Source: the human T2T-CHM13v2.0 reference genome, Homo sapiens | Assembly: GCF_009914755.1 (NCBI RefSeq) | Contig: NC_060929.1 | Length of the DNA: 64,000 nt | Reading direction: 5' to 3' (one strand) | Shown here: positions 40,227 through 55,838 of the stretch, one piece after another | Layout of the letters: each line of letters starts with the position of its first letter | How positions within the stretch are numbered: the first letter of the stretch is position 1 | Notes under the pieces: generated by a model | Told to the model about the DNA's origin: nothing | Seen by the model: the letters and a program-made list of their open reading frames with translations, nothing else | Database searches by the model: none | Translations under genes and position numbers: made by a program

Positions 40227-43200
40227 CTACAATCCAGAAGGAAAAGATTCTGTTAGAACTGCCATGTGTTTCTGGAAAATATTATTCCAACAAGCCATGC
40301 AATGCCAGAATGTCTGGTAAACTTGGCTCTGGTAATTTTAATATGGATCTATGAAGCATAAAGTGAATGGGGAATGGAGACATGCATTTTACATCGTGGA
40401 TACACATCTATAGGACTGGGAACTCAGTAGGACCACAGTGATCAGCCTATTGGGAAAGAGTTCAGTTACATGCTCCTTCAATACATCATCACAACTTTAC
40501 ATAAATTGGATTTTTTTTTCCCACATAATAAGATGCAATTCCAGGTGCAACATCCTGTGCACAAACAAAGGTTGATTGCTTTGATGATTTCATGAGGCTC
40601 TGAAAAACTTAAAAAGTCTATCTTAGATGCAAAATATCACAATGCTGCTTTAATTCCAAGCTCGTGGGTATGAATCAGGAAATAAGGACTGAAACATTCA
40701 TGGTGGGTACATAACTCTCCTCTAGTCCCTATCCACCTTCTCTGTCTTTAGCTGTTCACATTTACATGTTTAGTTTGCTTAGTTTTTTTTTAATACAACT
40801 AATTTTGGTAAAATAAAAATTAGAAATACTTGATCAAGTAGAAATAATTGCTTTAAATGGGACTCTACCATTTATTTGATTTGAGTCCTAAATGAAATCA
40901 TATACCATAATCTAAACAATTCCTGTTGATGGTCAGAAGTAAGCAGAACTGCACTATGCCTATGTTCTCAAATGGTGATTACAGAAAATGTCAAGCCTGT
41001 AATGTGAAATAGTTTAACACATGAGTTAATGAAAAAGAAATACAAGCTTCAGGTAAAGTACTATAAAAAAAATCAAAGACATTTTCAGTATAAATTCAAC
41101 CACTTTTAAAGTGGTACACTTTAAAGAAGTGGCACACAGTTTTCCTTCTCTACTAAATTATCTGAAAGAGGTCAATAGTCCTCAAGGCATTTTATATTGA
41201 ACACTGGGGTTTCTAGGTTCACAAGAATACTTTTTCTTTCTCTAAATATTTCTTTGAATTTATTATAAAGCACTTTACTATACTGAGGAAAGCACATAAA
41301 CAAATAACTAGAGGACTTTAAACTAAACTAATCCTGAAAGAGCAAGGCTCGCAGCGGAATATCCAGGTGCTAATTTAATTCTTGAAATAGAAATTGTTTG
41401 AAGAAATATGAATGTATTTTGCTTTTCAGATTGTTTATACTGAGAAAACCTCTTAAAAATACAAGAAGAGATTTTGTAAATATAGCACAGATTTCTAATG
41501 AAAACATCAATCCGAGTAGAGAAACTTTTTCATAAAAACACAATGTAAAAAAGAAACTAGCTAACCATAAAAGCAGCAGATAACAAATCTAAGGACAGAC
41601 CACATATAATTCTCCTATTAATTTCATTTGTAAGAAGCCTGAAAAAAGAAGAATTTCAATATTGTGTGTTTTTAAAATTTCTATTTTAAATTAAGCAATT
41701 ATGAATTCAGAAACTATAAACATATGCGCTGACAACTACAAATATCAACTATTTAGTTTTCCTTTAAATAATATGTTGTTATGTTATAAATGTCATGGAA
41801 CCAGGAATTGAAACAGTTCACTGTACATTCCTGGAAATAAACTTCAAAGCACATCTGGTTTACATTTAACTAGTTATGTCACTGGAAACACAATCTAAAC
41901 CACAGTGCTTGCTGTAAAAATTTTAACTTTCACAGACTCTCATAGCTCAAACAAAAAAAGTAAAATAAAGTTTCTGTAACTTCAATCTGAAATATAGAAG
42001 AACTTTACTCTCTTTATTATTAGTGCTATTTGTTATATATTTAAAATACTCTGAAAACATGATTGACAAACAAAATTAGTGCACAAGACAAATATACAAG
42101 AAAAAGCTAAGATTTGCAATGAATCTGCTAATAATTCCCTGTCTAGTCTTTGGAAATTAATTCAGAAAGAAGAGAATGAAGAGAACTGCTTCAGACAGAA
42201 ACACTTACTGTTTGAATGCAACAGAGGAAATAAGAAAGCGACCCAAGGGAAAAAGAGATTAGTAGCCTTCAAGTCTATTCTTTGCAAAACTCTTAATAAA
42301 ATGCAAATAACAGTGGGAAGAAAGTGTAGAAATAACAGTTATTTGGTTAGGTTTCCCATGATAAATCATTTTTATTTCCTCCAATGTCATAAGGCTGGAG
42401 CCAAAAGAGTTGTCTATCATTTCTTCTTTATTTACATAACATGAACTTCTTTCCTATGAATGACAGACATAAAATTGTTTTTACATTAAATAAATCTCTC
42501 AGATTAAGTATGCTTGTAATAAGTGAAGATCACTGTTTCTAACCCTCACTGTTGCCTGATTTGGTATGAAAGTGCCTTAATATTTACATAATCACCAAAT
42601 GTTACACTATTAAACACCACCAGCTCCTACTCTTAACTGTTCATGTAAGCAGGTGAGTCTCTGATTTTACCTTCTTTGGTATTTCAACTCTCAGAACCTT
42701 TGTACTCTATGTTACTTGTCTATAAATAATCATTGATAATTCAGTGTACATAGCAAATAGAACCAGACACTATCCATTTAGTTCCGCATTACGTGTCTCT
42801 CACAATAGCACCAGAAAGTATTTTCCTAGACAGAGAAACCAGTTCTAAAAATCATCAGTTTCCTAGTTAAATCAAGATGACGTCCTACCCTGCTCTTGCT
42901 TTCTAAGTTTCCTGAGATTTAACGGAAGCTTATCCTCCAACAGACAACAGACAAAACTGAAAAAAGACTACGGGAAGGAAGTGTAGAAAATCAGGAAAAA
43001 CAAAAACCTTTGAAATCCCTTCTTCCATCTGTCCAAGGAAATCATGGAGGAAATATGGCTAGGATACTTTTTCATAAAGTACATTTCTCAGAGCATTTCT
43101 GAAGAATTGGTGTTAGAGATGGGAGCAGGATCTAGAAAATAGAGACTCTGTAGTTGAATACCTTTGAGAAGCCAGAGCTGGCTTAAAAAGAGGACTCTCA

Positions 43201-44555
43201 TAACCTATTGAAAGATATTTCAAACTCTTAAGTGTGTCCCCTTCTCACCTACTGAAAAGATAAATCTTCAAGTACTTTCAGTGGGAATGGAATGAGCACT
43301 CCTCTTTGAGGAGTTCCTGAAAAGATGTTGGACAATAGGGGAAACTGTCACCAGAAGTAAGTTTAGAAAAAGGGGATTTTATGCTGAAGTTTTCTTTTTT
43401 TTTTCTTTAGGCTAATTACTGTTTTTTAGTGGCCCCTCTGATTCAATTCAAAGTTAGCACTGCACTTTGTAATTGCATTTCATTGACTTCAGCAGAGTCA
43501 TTCATGTTTTGGCATCTTGTTCTATAGTCCTAACTGGTTTCTGTTCACAAGAATGCTTTGAAGTTAAACAGTAAGATGAAGAGAGAATGTTACATCTTTT
43601 TGCATACTATTACTACTGCAGTTTTCTTGGCTGTGGCATCACAAAAAAAAAAACCAAATACTTTAACAGATAAAAAAAAAGGGCTATTCCACAGTCATCA
43701 AAGATGAAATCTTTTCTTAAAAGTTTCTATTACAAAGTAGTAATTGGATTTGAGAATGTTATGGGACCCTTCTGTAGGCCCACACAGTGAGATTTAAACA
43801 GGAACAATGACTAGTATTCATACCACAGATTATTCTGAAATATACAGTACTTTGATCAAGATACAAAAACATAATTCAGTGTACTCACTGCTCAGCCAGT
43901 ATCTCACTGAAAATGAGGACTTCTCTAACCATTTAACTCATTTAAGTAACTTCCACTGCAAAAATATGTGATTAGAAGAAAACAAAGAAGCTTTTAAACA
44001 CTAGTTATGGTCTATAAACTCAAATGACAACTTTTAAATTATCAAATGGAAAGGACAATTCTCTTGGACTAAAAACCTATTAAAGTTATCATTTTTACTT
44101 AGTTCTCAAATATTTTGTGGGCTGACTTCTTGGGTATATCAATCATTTCATAAATAAAATGCCTAAGAGTTAACTTTTCCATTACGATTCAGGTTCCTAC
44201 ATTAATGGATCATAGTGGTTCTGAAAAGAGGAAAACACAGTAAACAAATATTTGACATTGTATTTCAGCAAGTAAAACAATATGGCTCCTTCCAGTTGGT
44301 TTCTTTTTTATCCGCTTTAAAATGTTTGTTCCAAATGTGTGTTGATATTTTGTCTGAGTGGAACAAAATTGATGGTGTTTGTAAACTGTATTAGGTCCTT
44401 ACTATTTCAAAAACTGGCAGATTAGCTAAATGAGATTATAAAATAAAATATTCAAACAATATTCTTTTCACTACATTGCTTCATCACTGTAATTGATGTT
44501 TATACAACTCCAGGTACTCACTATGCACAAATAAGGCGATGAAGACAGCTCTTAC

Positions 44556-44681
44556 CTTCACAGGTCTCTGTCTCAGTCCTGAACACATACCCTGGTGGGC
44601 ACGTACAGCTGTAACTTCCTGGCGTGTTTCGGCACAATCCGTTATCACAAAGCAGTCTGTTTACTAAACATTCATCAATGT
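44556..44681 (-). CDS. FBN2: FBN2 exon 19, cbEGF8 ([42 protein letters not shown])
   Basis: 126 nt; acceptor CAG|AC, donor AAG|GTAAGA. Confidence 0.96.
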
Positions 44682-45294
44682 CTGAAAGCAACGATTGAAA
44701 GATAGGAGATACACATATTTAAGCATCTATTACAGTGGGCAGCAATGTTTAATTTTGTTATTTGTTTTATTTCCCTCTTTCTTCTCTGTGACATAGTCTC
44801 TGTATCACAGCGCACTCTTCATCCTAAGCAAAATATATTTAGTTTTATTCAAATGGGATATTCTTATGCTAGTGGCTAATTTTAAGATGCTTTTAAATCC
44901 CTGGAAAGTATGCACTAGCTTGGAAAGGCACATCTCTACTTCACTTGCTTTTAGTCCTGTAATGATATTATGTTAGATATATTTTTAAAGCATTCATAAA
45001 AGATATCAAAAGGTTAAATTCATTTGCCTGTATACTTGCTTATGTATAATAAAAGTAACAGAAGGCATTTTTTATGATTAAAATTTTTAAAAAGAATGCC
45101 TTATGTCTTCATGTCCCAGATGGTTAAAAAATGCATTAAACAGCAGTTAAAAGACATTCATTAATCTTTTCCCACTATGTTTTTATCTCAGAAACAGTTA
45201 TTAATGAAAATGATGTATTTTGCATACTCTTTTAGCAGTCCAGAACAGCCTAGAGAATATCATCTAAAACTCCAGTTTAAAAAGCCCACAATGA

Positions 45295-45597
45295 GTTTTT
45301 TGTTTGTTTTTGAGACAGGATCTCACTCTGTTGCCCTGGTTATAGTGCACTGGTGAGATCACAGCTCACTGAAGCTTTGAACTTCTTGGCTCAAGCAATC
45401 CTCCTGCCACAGCCTTCCAAAAGTAGCTAAGAATACAGGCATGTGCCACCATGCCTGGCCAACTTAAAACAATTTTTTTTAGAGATGGGATCTCACTATG
45501 TTGCCCAGGCTGTTCTGGAACTTCTGGCCTCAGGTGATTCTCGCAGCTTGGTCTCCCAAAGTGCTGGGATTATAGGCATAAGCTACCGCACCTGGCC
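45295..45597 (-). mobile_element. AluJ-like SINE
   Basis: Diverged reverse-complement dimer with (GTTT)n tail. Confidence 0.87.
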
Positions 45598-45961
45598 TCA
45601 CATTTTAATCTTCATATTCTTCCATTTTTGCAAGTGTAGTTAGTGACAAAAAGAAATAAACCCTGTAGTTTAGAGTGAAGAGCTCTTTCACTTAAAGTTA
45701 CATTTCTAGTATTGCAAATAACAATTTTCCCTTATTAAATAATATACTGATACTGTGGAGATTTTGAAAACAGATCAGAAAAACATCTGCAATTCCATCA
45801 TCACTGATAATATTCTTTTGTGTATTATCTGACCCTTTCCTTTCTTGATCTTGTTTTTGCTCCAACTCTTAATCTTGATACTTTAAAAATTAACATTATA
45901 TTTTAAGGACTAGACTACCATAGCTTTTCCCATAATAGTGTAATATGTGTACAAATTGTGA

Positions 45962-46321
<360 letters not shown>

Positions 46322-46352
46322 TTGCATCACAATTTTTTAACCCATTTTTCTA

Positions 46353-46531
46353 AGCTATGGATTGAATTGTGTCCCTTAAAAAAGATATGTTGAAATCTTA
46401 AAACCCAGTATCTCAGAATGTGACTTTATTTGGAAATAGGATTTTTATAGAAGTAATCAAGTTATAATGAGGTTGTTAGGGTAGGTTGTGAGTCAACATG
46501 ACCGGTGTCCATGTAAAAAGGGGAAATCTGG
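46353..46531 (+). mobile_element. MaLR LTR fragment (MLT1B/MST-like 5' part)
   Basis: ctatggattgaattgtgtccc...cccagtatctcagaatgtgactttatttggaaatagg. Confidence 0.75.
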
Positions 46532-47432
46532 ATTTCACTTCTGGAGAATAAAAACTAGCATGGTTTGCATGTTGTTAGAAATGTTCAATAATCTTTGCCT
46601 GGTACTCTTCCCTGTAGTTATCAAAATCTATTATAGCACGTAATATAAATATAGCTTTTACATCCATCTGTATGTATGTCTTCAACTCCAAATCAAACGA
46701 ATATGTTCAATAGTAAAAGCCACTACCAGAAACACAGAAAAATCTGTTCCTTTTCTAATCATAATCATTAACACTTGGTTGTAAAAGCCATAAGTGATTA
46801 GTTGTAAAACTATCATGCACAATGATGGATTGAATAACATTTATTTTATAAAAGTCCACTCAAGTGCTTTATGGGAAAATCTTGCACTAATAGGAAATAA
46901 GACTGTCAAACCTTTTCATCCTCCTCCTCTTGCATTTGTTAAACATAAATTACATACTTCAGTTTTTTCAATCATTCTCTTATAATTAAAAAAGGAAATA
47001 CCTTTGTCTTAGTTGTCATGTTTAGGTATATTGTGGCAACTGGTTGTTTCTTTATGAAGTTAAAATTCTCTCAACCTGTAACACTTTATTTTCTTGACTT
47101 ACTTTTATCCATACTGACCTGTTAATTTTTGAAATCAAATTCTTCGTAAAAAATTACAGGATTAAGGTATATGCAGGAAAACAATAGGCAAATAATTGAG
47201 GATGTTAATTCCGGAAAATAATATTTTAAAAACGAATTGGTACCACCAAGAAGTCTGTTACTGTGTAACAAAATTTGTTTGATTCTGATATTTTCCTGTC
47301 AATGTGTAATATGAAGAAAACAAGAAAAACTGTACAATTTTTAGTTTTAGTCATTTGTGTTTTTAATTCTAATATAATCCATGGGATTAAACTATATGAA
47401 ATGTTCTTGCATAAATATAACAAATAACTTAC

Positions 47433-47558
47433 CAATACAGTTTCTTCCAGAGGCATCTGGTTCATAGCCACTGTTGCAATTACAACGGTAACTACCACGT
47501 AAGTTTTCACAAATCCCATTGGCACATATATCAGGATCCAAAGCACATTCATTGATAT
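47433..47558 (-). CDS. FBN2: FBN2 exon 18, cbEGF7 ([42 protein letters not shown])
   Basis: 126 nt; acceptor CAG|AT, donor TTG|GTAAGT; ORF 47392..47748. Confidence 0.97.
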
Positions 47559-49209
47559 CTGCATTAAATATTGAAAGTTTAGTGCTATCAACAAACATGT
47601 TATTGTTTGTTGATAAATGCAGGTCTAGTAAAGACCATTCAACATATGAAGTGTTTAACTCTGCAAACTCACAATTTGCCTGCCTTTCAGAAAGGAAAAA
47701 GAACTGAAAACAAGGAGTAAGAAAATAAAACTGAAAGATATAGGACACTTCACTGGTAAATCAAAAGAAAAATGAAAGACGCTGGCAGAAATTCAAAGAG
47801 TTAAATCACGAAATATGCCAGCATTTATGATGAAATTAATAAAGACAATTTATAGGCTGTTGGCTCCAAATCCAAAGGAAAACTCGAGTTGATAGATATT
47901 GTAATCATCTAACTAAAAGACAGATTTATTAGGGTGGCCCATATAATTTTATGGTCCCCAAAGGTACAGGATATTTCTATTTTATTACATTTTTGAGGTC
48001 CAGTTACTAATATTTAATAAGTGTTTCTCATTGCTGATACTTGAAATTACTGGAGAGGACACTTTAAACATGGATGCTTCAGAACATGACGTTTTATAAC
48101 GAGCCGTGAACATGACTACTACTACTATATCACCGAGGGGCAGTGGAACTTGTGCACTGATGTGCTTGTATGAATGATCAAGTAGTTTCCAATAGAGGCT
48201 GGCTCTGCTGGAAAGGCTGTACTGACAGGGAATATAATGAAAGAGTAAGCCCAAAGTCAAATTTTGGTCACTATGCTCAAATTTTGATGCTATTGTTTTC
48301 AATAATTTGGGAGACCTTAAATATTTTGGAAATGTCTTTCATTTTATACTTGGGAAAAACATCCTTTTAAAAGTTTACTTTTCACTCTGGTTTGGATATT
48401 TATTATAAAGATTCAACATTACTGCCTACCATCTATAATTTGACTAAAGCTTTCTCAAACACAAGGGTAGAAGAATATACATAAATATATATATATAACC
48501 GTATATATATTTATATATACTCTTCATATATACATATTCATATATATAGTGAAGATTAATAACACCCAAGTTTTATTTATGTATAAATGAATCTATATGT
48601 ATATTAAAATATAAAAGAATCTGAAAATTACAAACACATATGTACTTAAATGTTCAAGATTCTATATTGGAATTTTGTTAACCATAATACAAAATTGAAA
48701 GCAAGAAAAATTTTAGTGAATCTTACTTCTTTACTTGGAGAGAAATGTTTTATTATTCTTAGGTGTAAATAGTCTTAACAAATTATTTCAGCCAGTATAT
48801 CCCAAACTTGATCCATATCAAATATCTCTTTAATACTGTTTATTTTTCTAACCCTATCTGCACCATTACTTAATGTTTTATCATAAAATTGACTTATTCT
48901 TCTTTTTTTAACTTAAATGTCACATTATTCTTTTCTTAAGCAATGACTGCCTGAAATCAGGAGAGTAGTTTGTTAGTGACATTTTTAACAATGCATATTT
49001 AACAGATAAATATTTATCCAAGATGAAAATGTGTATCTACATATCACTTAATATCATCTAGCTTATAACCACTGCTCTAGGAGATAATTAATCTTATTAT
49101 TTTATAATACTACATTTTCATATTAAATATACTCATATTAATATTAGAATTATAAAGCTATACGATTATGTCACGTGATTATTATAAAGTTGAGATTAAC
49201 TAGAGTTAC

Positions 49210-49263
49210 CTCTTCCATCCACAGTGATACCTACTCCACTACTACAAAGGCCGTGGAATTCAG
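49210..49263 (-). CDS. FBN2: FBN2 exon 17, C-terminal part of TB2 (AEFHGLCSSGVGITVDGR)
   Basis: 54 nt; acceptor CAG|CT, donor GAG|GTAACT; keeps frame between exons 16 and 18. Confidence 0.93.
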
Positions 49264-49589
49264 CTGTATGACAAAAAGAAATAGAAGAATTAAAAACTTA
49301 ACTATACCTATTCCATATACAAGTCATTTCATAACTCCAAAACTACCATTAGGAAGAATTATTTGTGCATTAGTTTTTAAAGTGAAAAAAATTACCATTT
49401 TCTAGCAAACAATTATTATAAAATTCTGAACTTATAAATAAGCATAAAAGAGTAAAAATCACTTGTAATCATCATCCTGAATATTATTAATACATATAAA
49501 TGTTACTAATATTTTCTACATAAGGAAACTTTAAGAAAAATATAAATGGTCTTAAAGAGCTTGATATTTAACTTTTTTTCCTCACTAAT

Positions 49590-49815
49590 AAAATAATAAC
49601 AGCCAAAATATAGGTTATAGTACTTACCAAGTGCCTGGTATTGTTCTACATTTTTCATCTATCAATTTAGTTAATCTTCCCAATACCACAAACTAAATAC
49701 TATTGTATTTTCCTTTTTACAACTGAGGAAAAGGGGGAAACAGAGAAGTGCAGTAACTTGACCAAAGTCACAGAGGTTGTAAGTGGAGAAGCCGACTTGG
49801 CTCCTGGGTACTCTA
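49590..49815. mobile_element. MIR SINE
   Basis: ttttacaactgaggaaaa...agtaacttgaccaaagtcacag. Confidence 0.65.
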
Positions 49816-51209
49816 TCACAGGCATGTCATGTCAATGTCCCATTTAATAGGCCATTTAATATTGTTTTCTCAGTTACATAGAGGTATCACATTTATTCAG
49901 TCAATCTCTTACTGGTGAAATTAGGTTTGTCCAACTTTTAGCAACTATCATAAATAATATGAAGTTTAATTATATCACTAGGATAGTCTCTTACAAGTAA
50001 AACTCTCAAAGTTTATGCCCCTTTTAAGGTTTTAGATAGTTCTTCCCCTCCTAAAACGCCCCCAAATTACCCCTCCATCAGCGGTATAAGACAGTATTCA
50101 TTTTTTTAATACCCTCATTATCACCGGGAAGAATCAATCGTTTATACCAATCTGCTAAACAAAAATGGCACCTTATTTTTAATTATACGGAGAGTGGGCA
50201 TCTTTTTACATGGTATTCTTCCATTTGCATTTCTACTTTCTGAAATCCTGTTTATGTACACTGCTGTTTTTTCTATAGAGGATTTCAACTCTCCTTATTG
50301 ATTAATGTAAATTCCATAAAGATTAAGAAATGATAAATAAAAATATTTTTCCAGATTACTTGTGTATTTTACTATTTAGGCCTGCTTTGAAAGTCTTTTA
50401 CCATTACAAAATAAAAAAGAATTTATATTCTATATGAAAATTATGTTTTAATGTTTAGTGTAGGGACCTAACTTCATATTTTTTTCTGAAAGTTATCAAC
50501 AATAATTATTATTTAATCTTTTTCCTTGCTGCTCCAAAATGCTTTGTTATATCCTAATTCCTATTCATATTCAGGTTTCTAGATTCATTTTATTAGTTCA
50601 CTTAGGTTTTTGTCTAGTCTTATGCCAATTTTTGAACTTATTTGATAATATGCATAATTCAGTTTGGTACATTTTAGAACTACGTTCTCCTCATTATTTT
50701 TCTTTTTTTTTTAAAAAAAGTCACACTCAGTAATTCTTCTGGATGCTTCAAATCATTATTTCCACGTTTGAAGACTCCATTCAGGATTTTTAAGGGAATA
50801 ACAAGACATTTCCTTTACAGGAATGCTTTCCTGTATCCTCCATATGGAAAGTTCTTACTCATTTTTTTCAAGACCAAACTAAACGTGCCCCTTCTTTGAG
50901 GTCCTTCCCAGCTTCCCTGGGCTACAAATTGCTCCTTCCTCTGTGCTCTCTCCATACTTGAACCTTTTAAGGCACTAATCACACTAAATTGTAATTTATA
51001 CATTTGCCTGCCTGTATTCTCAACTACTGTTAACTTTAAGGAAAAACACAGATTGTGTTTATGTTAGAATCCCTACTGTACTTACGTATATTCAATATAT
51101 ATTCAATACAGGTTTAGTTAAACTATGAACAGACAAGAGTCAATGTTATTGACCTAAGAGTTTGGAACTATTGCCTGAGACTGTGACTTGAGACCACTTG
51201 GTGTCAAGA

Positions 51210-51342
51210 TATATATATAGAGAGAGATCTTCATATATATGTGTGTGTGTGTGTATATATATATATATACATATATACATATATATACACATATATATAC
51301 ATATATATACATATATATACACATATATATACATATATATAT
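51210..51342. repeat. Compound (TA)n/(TG)n/(TATATACA)n microsatellite
   Basis: Read directly; it produces the YI/YV low-complexity ORFs at 51146-51348. Confidence 0.95.
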
Positions 51343-51507
51343 AATCAAATTGAGTTCTTGTTGTGTTTATAACCTTGAAAGTGGTAAGTAAATTTTATGC
51401 TATTTGTCTTCACCATGACAGCACAGATCAAGGAAACTGAGGCTATCATGTTCATGTAAAAAAACCCTCTTATAATAATCATAACTGTATAAGAAAATAG
51501 ATTTTTG

Positions 51508-51785
51508 ATTGTTTTTTAAAGAGTCAGCATCTCGCTCTGTTGCTCAGGCTGGAGTGGAGTGGCACAGTGATGGCTCACTGCAGCCTCGAACCCTTGGGCT
51601 CAAGTGATCCCTTGCACCTCAGCCCCCCTAGTAGCTGGGACTACAGGTGTGTGCCACCACACCCAGCTAATTAAGATTTTTTTTTTTTTTTTACCAAGAC
51701 AGGGTCTCACCCTGGCTTCAAGTGATCCTCCTGCCTGAGCCTCCCAAAGTGCTGGGATTACAGGTGTGAGCCACCACAATCAGCC
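51508..51785 (-). mobile_element. AluJ-like SINE with an internal deletion
   Basis: Reverse-complement dimer; aaatagattttt on both flanks. Confidence 0.85.
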
Positions 51786-52014
51786 AGCAAATAGATTTTT
51801 TTATTCACTGTGTGTTCTGTTGGCCTAGAAATCGTATATAAACACAAGCCAAATCTCCTTATTATATGCCTCACATATCAATACAGGATTGGATTTCTCT
51901 TCTTCAGTTAAAATTAATGATGAAACACTTAAGAGCTGATGTTCTCTTTGGCCAAACATCTAAGGTTGTATTTCTTGATTCTTTATCAACTGTGAAAATG
52001 GCACATGTGACTAC

Positions 52015-52167
52015 CTGAATTTTTTGCAGGGCATGGCTGGCAGGGTTCTCCAAAACCATAGTCTGGATTGGCACAGCAGCATTCGGACTTGGTCACTGCA
52101 CCGGGGAAAGGACGCACACACACTCCTTTCTTGATTCCTCCATAGCAGGTACTGCGCATGTGAGTAT
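52015..52167 (-). CDS. FBN2: FBN2 exon 16, TB2 domain ([51 protein letters not shown])
   Basis: 153 nt; CCC triplet; acceptor TAG|AT, donor CAG|GTAGTC; ORF 51986..52213. Confidence 0.97.
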
Positions 52168-52709
52168 CTAAAGGAGATACAAAAACAATGACTTGAGGCA
52201 GTGATAGAGACAAAGAGATTTCGAAACAGAAGGCTTCTTTTAACCTAAGTGGCCACTAGACTGGAAGCTTTTCAAGGGCATCTGAGACTTTTATTTTGCA
52301 TCTTTAGCATCTAATAGTGTTAGGAAATCAACAAATGTTTTCTGAGTGAGGAAAAGAATGGATGCATATCACCGACTCTGTTTTCTTTAACAAGTTTTAT
52401 GAGCTACACAGTATCCATTGTCCGATGTATTCTTACAAACCTTTTGTGAAACCTAGGATATTTCCACAGTTATAAAGAATACTTGGAGCTCTAATCACTG
52501 GCTATGCTATATTCAAAATGACACTTCTTATTTCAATTTTGGAAGTTCTCATGAACAATGAAGTGCAATCAAGTTAAACTACCTTGAGGTGATACTGGCT
52601 TGGGCGTGAGATTTCTTACTCCCACTTTCCGAGTTAGGAGGCCTTTCTTTTCAACCCCCAGGATACTGCTTGTGACTGTTTTAACCTCAGAAACTCAGTA
52701 AATCCAGTT

Positions 52710-52940
52710 ATAAAAATAGTTAACTACCATATGTGCTCTTGGCATTGTGCTCGTTGCTTTACAGACATTATCTCATTGAACAGTCAGGTCAACAGCTCTA
52801 TAGGAGTGGTCATTACGTGCATTTTATAGATGAGGAAGATGAGGTTCACAGCTACCTATGTAGTTTGAAGTCCTTGAATATCCAGTGCCTGAGTTGGGGT
52901 TCAGACAAGGTTTATGTGACTTCTAAAACTCTTCCTCTTT
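52710..52940. mobile_element. MIR SINE
   Basis: cattttatagatgaggaagatgaggttcacag core. Confidence 0.6.
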
Positions 52941-53933
52941 CTAGTAAGTAATGCTATACCCCAAAGAAGCATATTCTGCTTAGTTCTCTCACTCTTAATT
53001 CTCATAAAATACCCTACAACTTTATAAGACAGTAAATGGTGAACTATAAAAAACTCAGATCATAAAGGGCAGAGAACCCATGCAATTTTTAAGCAGTATA
53101 CTGACCTGGTATACTCCAGTATACCTCCAGAGATAACCTCTATTATAAATATCTGTAACTATTCACAACTTGTTGGAAAAAATTTTATCTGCTTGTTATG
53201 CAAAATGGCCATCCAATAATTTCTTATGACCTGGGGGCATTTCTGATTAAAACAGTGATTTATGGCTGCATTAAAAATGAGATACGTGTGTGCTTAAATG
53301 GAAGGAGGCCATGGAATTCACCAACCCCATCCCTGAGGAGTCAACTCAGAGAAACTTGTGCTGCCTCTGCTGTGGCTGAGTTTGGCAGTGTATCTTCTGA
53401 GTTACACAAACACAGATTTGACTTGAAGGCAAATTTGCACAAATATAACATGGTTCATCATTTCCAATATGATTTTTGTGAGTTCTTTGGACATTACTGA
53501 TGATCTTGGAAGGCATCTATGAACAGCCAAAGTTATTTCTGCTTTTGGGTTTAGAGCATATGCCATGCAGAATTTTTAAAAGCAAGCAGATAAAAGGCCT
53601 ATGGAGCTCACTGGAAGAGTGAGACATGTTATATGGTAGTTTGCATTACAGGTGAACCAATCTCTTTAGAGTACCCAACACCAGAAGTTTCATGAAAAAG
53701 AAAGTAGCATAACTTATGTGTAGGTTTTACGGACATAAACTTCCCAAAGTTCAGATCCCCACAAGATGATCTTACATAAATTACTTAACATCTTCCTTAT
53801 TCATTAAATAAGGATACAGTTTGTATAGTAAATGAAAGTATATTTGTTAAGCACTAAGCACACTGCCTAGGACACACCTGAAATACTAAAAAAAATGGTG
53901 ACCACCTTATTTCCCTCTTCTATTTTTTTTTCT

Positions 53934-54031
53934 AAGACTAGTAAAGTGCAGCAGTGAGAAGGGAGGAAAAGTAGAACAAGGAGTTCTATCTGTAACTGAT
54001 ACTGTGAACTATCAGTTGAGATAACTCACTA
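53934..54031 (-). pseudogene. Y1 RNA (RNY1) retropseudogene, lacking about 14 nt at the 5' end
   Basis: Minus strand reads TAGTGAGTTATCTCAACTGATAGTTCACAGTATCAGTTACAGATAGAACTCCTTGTTCTAC...CTTCTCACTGCTGCACTTTACTAGTCTT, matching recalled hY1, followed by an A9 tail. Confidence 0.88.
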
Positions 54032-54239
54032 TTTCCCTACTGACCTTTTCCTGTTCAAAGACCCCAAATTGGCAACCTAGCTCATATTATACTATTCAAA
54101 TATAACAGAACCACTGTATACAGGATAGGATAAAAGGAACAATACCGGTAGCACCATGAGAATATGCTCACATGAATGATCTGGTGACAGACTGGACCTA
54201 AATGCATCTTTTCCGTATGTTAGCAGACTTCTGCATGCC

Positions 54240-54684
<445 letters not shown>

Positions 54685-55301
54685 TGAAAAGATTTAAAAA
54701 TTTCTTCAGGTAATTAGCAGATTCTACATACCATGAGTAAAATATGTATGTATGCAAAATGCTAACTTTATTTTATTCTTCTTTCTTTAAAATCAACTTT
54801 TATTTATAACTTAAAGCAGCAACTCTTAAGACTATGACCTAGATATGATACCACTATTCTAATTTAATAACAATAATATCAGTAGTAGTTAACTTATTGC
54901 GCATTTGCTATGTGCTAGACACCATTCAAAGCTTTATTTAATTCTCAAAACAACAAAAGAGGAAAGGAGGAACAGAGAGGTCCTGTATCTTGCTGTCATC
55001 TTATAATTTTTTGTCACTTAAGAATATTCAGTAGTTATCATGTTGCCTGACTTTTCTTCCTTACTTACTAAACTGCATCACTGAATAAACTTAAAAATAA
55101 ATTTTGAATGAATGGGAAAGATAAAGATATGATTGCCTTTTGTTTACAACCTTGCTTGTGAGTTGTATTTCAATATACTACTTAAAATCATAGCTTAATT
55201 ACCTGAGACTAAAACAAAAAACAAAAACACATCTTAATATCTACAGAAGAAAAATGAACAAACAAAAAATAGATCTAAAATTAAAATGCTTATCCTAATA
55301 G

Positions 55302-55838
<537 letters not shown>

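Noticed and set aside
41100-41131. Short imperfect palindrome ccacttttaaagtgg...ctttaaagaagtgg
   Set aside because: Too short and AT-rich to exceed chance or simple slippage; no supporting context.
51146-51348. YI/YV-repeat ORFs and EGRK-repeat ORFs (54092-54467)
   Set aside because: Translations of microsatellites.
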